Shown here piece by piece: positions 24,001-26,858 of a stretch of DNA of 48,464 bases. The stretch is from positions 1 through 48,464 of the forward strand of contig CAYHAE010000008.1 in assembly GCA_964354545.1 (NCBI GenBank), in the 5' to 3' direction. Made by a program: the position numbers and the translations under genes. The notes beneath the pieces were generated by a model. That model searched no databases and was not told where the DNA came from. It saw only the letters and a program-made list of their open reading frames with translations. The stretch is from an uncultured Planctomycetia bacterium (lineage in GTDB: Bacteria; Omnitrophota; Gorgyraeia; 2-01-FULL-45-10; JAHFGN01). Each line of letters starts with the position of its first letter. The first letter of the stretch is position 1.

Positions 24001-26858
24001 ACCCGTACCCTTGTGAGCGCGGTCACCGAATGACCGATCGCTCTCATCAACTCTTTGACCTCGTGATACTTTCCTTCCCGTATCGTGAGGAGGATGACCG
24101 TTCTCGGATAACCGGATGAGCCTGTCTCCCGTATCGAGTCGTCGTGAAGGATCTCCGCAGCCGCAGGCTGGCTTTCGTACGCGCGATCTCCCGCCCTGCG
24201 GTCATGGAGCCGGATGCCTCCACGCCGCAGTCTCTCAATGCCTGCTTCGTCTACATCACCCTGCACGACCACGCGATACGTCTTTTTCGTATGCGTCGCA
24301 GGCATGATGAAATGCGCGAGCATCTCCGCATCGTCCGTCATTATGACGAGGCCGCCGACATCGTAGTCGAGCCTGCCGATCGGATACATGTCCTCTATGT
24401 CAACTCCGTGGGCCTCAAGCACCCCATATATGCTGCGGCCCATCCTCCCTTCCTCGTCTTCGGTGGAGACGACACCCAACGGTTTATTCATGAGGATATA
24501 TCGATGGGCTTCTACGCCTGACGTGCTCTGGCGCTCGCCAGCTTCTCCGTCCTTAGCCGTCCCCGGAGGCTGGCGCTCTTGCTTGTCATCAGGCAAAGCG
24601 CCGTCCTCCATCTCACTTCCTGAGGAGGAGGACTGCCGGTCGCCGGCTTCACCGTCCGTAGGCGTCCCTGGAGGCTGGCGCTCTTGCTTGTCGTCAGGCA
24701 AAGCGCCGTCCTCCATCTCACTTCCCGAGGAGGAGGGCTGCCGCTCGCCGGCTTCACCGTCCGTAGGCGTCCCCGGAGGGGATTGCCTTTCTTGAGCTTC
24801 ATCTTCCGTAGACGGCGCATGAAGTCCCTGTGAAAAGGAAATAAAATCTTCGCGAAAGATCTGGTTTAGATCTATGCTTTCAAACTCTGCGCGAGCCTCT
24901 CTCAGCGTCTTCCTGACGTCTCTGTCAAGCCACGGTTCTTCCAAGATCATACCGATGTAAGCTTCGGAGGCAAGCAAGTTTCTCATGTCGTGCCACAGGT
25001 CCCTGATTATGATGGACTGGATCTCGTGCAGGTCCTTGATGGCTGAGTGCGGTGAGAGCCTTACGGTAAACGCGGAACCCTTCCCCACCTCGCTCTCGAC
25101 GCTCATCTCGCCGCCCCAGTGCTCTATCAATTGCGTCACCAGATAGAGGCCTGTGCCGCTGCGCAGGACATGCTCTCCCTCAGGGGCGATGCTCCCCATA
25201 AATTTGTGTGTGCCGAGCTGCGGGATGTCCTCAGGAGTGATCCCGACACCCGTATCTCTCACCTCTATCACGACATGAGGGTCAACCCTGTACGCCCGGA
25301 CGTAGATCCGCCCCCCCTGTTTGTTATATTTCACCGCATTCGTAATGAGGTTCTTTACCATGGAGCAGAAGACCCGCCTGTCTCCCGTCACGGTGAGGGC
25401 GGTATCGCACGTGACCTCTGCTATTAAGCCGCGTTCATTCATCGATCGCTTGTTCTCGTCGATGATATGAGCGATAATCGCGGCGACATCGAGCTCCTCC
25501 ATCGTCGAGCTCCCGTAGGGCAGGTCCTCAAGGTCTCCCCTGTACTCCTCGAGCTTATCCTGCAATTTATGAGCGCAATCGATGACTACCCCGAGCCATT
25601 CGAGGACCCAGTTGGCTACTTGCTCTGGCACGACTATCTTCTTTGTTTCCAACCCGCGGCATATCGTGCTCGCTCTTTCTGCGATGTCCTCGAAGACGCC
25701 CCTGACCCCTCGAATGGTCACCTCGACGACGCGGATGCCCTGTCCGCGCCGTATGAATATCTGCTCTATCTCCTGCCTCCTGTCAACGTTACCTCCGCGC
25801 AGCGTTCTACCCTCGATCCTCTCCAAGATCGCCTCCAGGCCCGCGAGGATGTCGTCGAACCCTTCGGCCCCTGAACCAAGCATGGCATCAAGACCACGCG
25901 CGGAGGTCGCATAGTACTCCGCTGTCTCTCCGTCTTTCTCGAGTCTATGTAAAAAGGCTTCGGCGGCGCGTCGATGCACCACGTCTGTCGCTGGGAAGGG
26001 TTTTTCAGATGGTGAGCCCGTCGAATCCGCTCCGCTTGTCGAGCCTCGTATTTCCCCTGCTGGGCGAGATCCCGAGCGATAGCGAGGGGTCGACTGCCAC
26101 ATGGATGCTGTTTCACTATCTTGAAGCGCCCTCAAATGGTTCTCAACGATCCGTGAGTCGGCAAAGAAGATGCGGGGCATGATCACACATGAGGCATCAG
26201 GATGGTCTTCGGCCCAGAAGCGCAGTTCAAGGGGGAATATCGCGCTGTGCGCGATGACGGGCGCGGGGACCCTTGCGCCGATGGTATCCCTGTATCCCTT
26301 TAGCTGGCGCGAGGTATCAGGGATGAGAAGTGCGGGGAGGCCGAGCGATTGGGCGAGCTCAAAGGCGCCCTTATCGATGGGGTACCACGCACACTCGTCC
26401 GCAAGTTGGGCGCGCAGGACCCCGTTATCTCGCTTCGGAGAGGCTTTCGGGATAGGACGGCCCTTCGTCTCCTCGTCTTTATACACCCCTATCACTCCAT
26501 CGTGAGAGATGTGCGCCTGGTAGGACCTGCCCTGTATGGCGCAGGGGACGAGGTACGAGTCTCCCTTAGCGGGCTGCTTCCTGTCGAAGTATACTGCGAT
26601 ACCCTCTTTCTGCTCGTTGAAAGTGCCTTGGAGGCGTGCGATGTCGATGCGCGAGGAGCGGATGAGCCAATCGAGGTACCACTCGAGCCTTCCCATCTCC
26701 CTCCTCTCGGGATCGGGGGCATTGACTATGCCGGGCGCCCTTACGTTGCTATCGGGGTATGCCCAGGAGATGTCGTAGGCGATAAAAGTGGCTATGAGGA
26801 CGAGGGATATTGTCCTAATTATGAGGCGAATTTTTTTATTATCATTAGCATATATCAT
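1..26858 (-). CDS. Giant multi-module protein (>=8,952 aa, 3' end beyond the left edge), putative polyprotein with RxSTSG linkers
   Basis: Manual translation of the minus frame (codons at + positions 3k..3k+2) from ATG 26858 ([36 protein letters not shown]...) to position 3 (...[12 protein letters not shown]) shows no stop. None of the minus-strand ORFs listed in 1-26858 lies in this frame, as expected for an edge-open ORF. Many intact enzyme motifs fall in this frame. Confidence 0.96.
   Translation of the reverse strand, partial: [8952 protein letters not shown]
1038..1250 (-). repeat. Linker repeat cluster (RTSPSG, RQSPSG, RQSSSG, RQSTSG)
   Basis: The 63-bp segment 1050-1112 matches 9957-10019 with 1 mismatch and 19254-19316 with about 6; contains TCCCCGAAGGGGA hairpins. 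Confidence 0.9.
1285..2090 (-). other. Giant protein domain: Mpv17/PMP22-like polytopic membrane domain
   Basis: GIGELLSQ...KLDYKKI...[13 protein letters not shown]...FTDQ...[13 protein letters not shown]...[10 protein letters not shown], with extra TM helices on both sides. Confidence 0.68.
2590..3400 (-). other. Giant protein domain: divergent Rossmann/methyltransferase-like domain
   Basis: [26 protein letters not shown] and YLNEGGYTL resemble class I MTase motif I and the LxxGG motif. Confidence 0.4.
3600..3840 (-). other. Giant protein domain: transglutaminase/papain-like Cys-His-Asp domain
   Basis: GTMCAHAN (Cys 3816-3818), DHYLALVD (His 3690-3692), VVDITYGQF (Asp 3654-3656). Confidence 0.72.
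4230..4900 (-). other. Giant protein domain: protein-kinase-like fold (RIO/Kdo/WaaP-like) with atypical catalytic loop
   Basis: [15 protein letters not shown]...[37 protein letters not shown]. Confidence 0.7.
5290..6120 (-). other. Giant protein domain: UPF0489-like (arginase/deacetylase-fold) domain plus two TM helices
   Basis: [42 protein letters not shown]; hydrophobic segments at about 5300-5440. Confidence 0.65.
6240..7619 (-). other. Giant protein module: internal Tat-like signal + phosphodiester glycosidase (NAGPA family) + C-terminal TM helix
   Basis: [99 protein letters not shown]. Confidence 0.88.
7800..8420 (-). other. Giant protein domain: CheR-like SAM methyltransferase
   Basis: [53 protein letters not shown]. 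Confidence 0.72.
8885..9760 (-). other. Giant protein domains: ComEA-type helix-hairpin-helix DNA-binding domain followed by HEAT-like repeats
   Basis: VNCA...LLRIVGF...AEIVRTR...[19 protein letters not shown]; then [18 protein letters not shown] and [14 protein letters not shown]. Confidence 0.75.
9855..10115 (-). repeat. Linker repeat cluster with tandem GTCCCCGAAGGGGAC palindromes
   Basis: Copies at 9898-9912 and 9914-9928; shares segments with 1050-1112 and 16078-16127. Confidence 0.9.
10150..10700 (-). other. Giant protein domain: divergent CheR-like/class I methyltransferase fold
   Basis: [44 protein letters not shown]. Confidence 0.5.
10915..12100 (-). other. Giant protein domain: FkbO/Hyg5 (Rid/YjgF superfamily) chorismatase-like
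   Basis: [64 protein letters not shown]. Confidence 0.9.
13920..14460 (-). other. Giant protein domain: class I SAM methyltransferase, PrmA-like
   Basis: [37 protein letters not shown], FNIG. Confidence 0.75.
14780..15260 (-). other. Giant protein domain: low-molecular-weight protein tyrosine phosphatase / ArsC family
   Basis: CX5R(S) loop [10 protein letters not shown] at 15210-15239, [17 protein letters not shown], KVFLL...DTPD. Confidence 0.85.
15987..16140 (-). repeat. Linker repeat cluster
   Basis: About 15998-16049 is nearly identical to about 20252-20303 ([19 protein letters not shown]). Confidence 0.88.
16185..17040 (-). other. Giant protein domain: uridine/nucleoside-kinase-like P-loop domain (degenerate)
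   Basis: [57 protein letters not shown]. Confidence 0.8.
17165..18640 (-). other. Giant protein domain: complete Glu/Leu/Phe/Val dehydrogenase (glutamate dehydrogenase-like)
   Basis: [110 protein letters not shown]. Confidence 0.95.
18690..19000 (-). other. Giant protein domain: minimal nucleotidyltransferase (MNT / pol-beta superfamily)
   Basis: [10 protein letters not shown]...SDIDLLVEV (hG[S]x..DhD signature). Confidence 0.8.
19242..19410 (-). repeat. Linker repeat cluster
   Basis: RSSPPGT / ERQSPPGT / RQPSSG / [16 protein letters not shown]. Confidence 0.88.
19440..20160 (-). other. Giant protein domain: arginase/agmatinase (ureohydrolase) family
   Basis: [16 protein letters not shown] (DxHxD), VFLSIDTDV (SxDxD), ILGLHIAEV. 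Confidence 0.82.
20190..20305 (-). repeat. Linker repeat cluster
   Basis: ERQSPSGT...[19 protein letters not shown]; the second part also resembles about 26031-26098. Confidence 0.85.
20340..21900 (-). other. Giant protein domain: CBM48/AMPK-type carbohydrate-binding module plus GH13 alpha-amylase-family domain
   Basis: CBM: [16 protein letters not shown]...IWFNDP...DGAWNS. GH13 conserved regions: [18 protein letters not shown] (I), VVRLD (II), LVAEW (III), YFNNHD (IV). Confidence 0.85.
22960..23220 (-). other. Giant protein domain: S1/OB-fold-like RNA-binding domain
   Basis: GIVVTAK...[10 protein letters not shown]...[17 protein letters not shown] resembles the S1 pattern. Confidence 0.45.
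23925..24505 (-). other. Giant protein domain: RsuA/RluB-family pseudouridine synthase catalytic domain
   Basis: [13 protein letters not shown], catalytic [49 protein letters not shown]. Confidence 0.92.
24516..24800 (-). repeat. 105-bp (35-aa) tandem linker repeat, about 2.5 copies
   Basis: AGGCAAAGCGCCGTCCTCCATCTCACTTCC at 24591 and 24696; unit [14 protein letters not shown](D/E)RQ(S/P)[17 protein letters not shown]. Confidence 0.92.
25040..25460 (-). other. Giant protein domain: histidine-kinase ATPase (HATPase_c)
   Basis: N-box [11 protein letters not shown], G1 VRDTGVGI, G2 SGTGLYL, and [24 protein letters not shown]. Confidence 0.9.
26760..26858 (-). other. Signal-peptide-like N-terminus of the giant protein
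   Basis: Basic n-region KKIRLIIR, hydrophobic [13 protein letters not shown], then DISWA|YP (S-W-A before a possible cleavage point). Confidence 0.65.
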
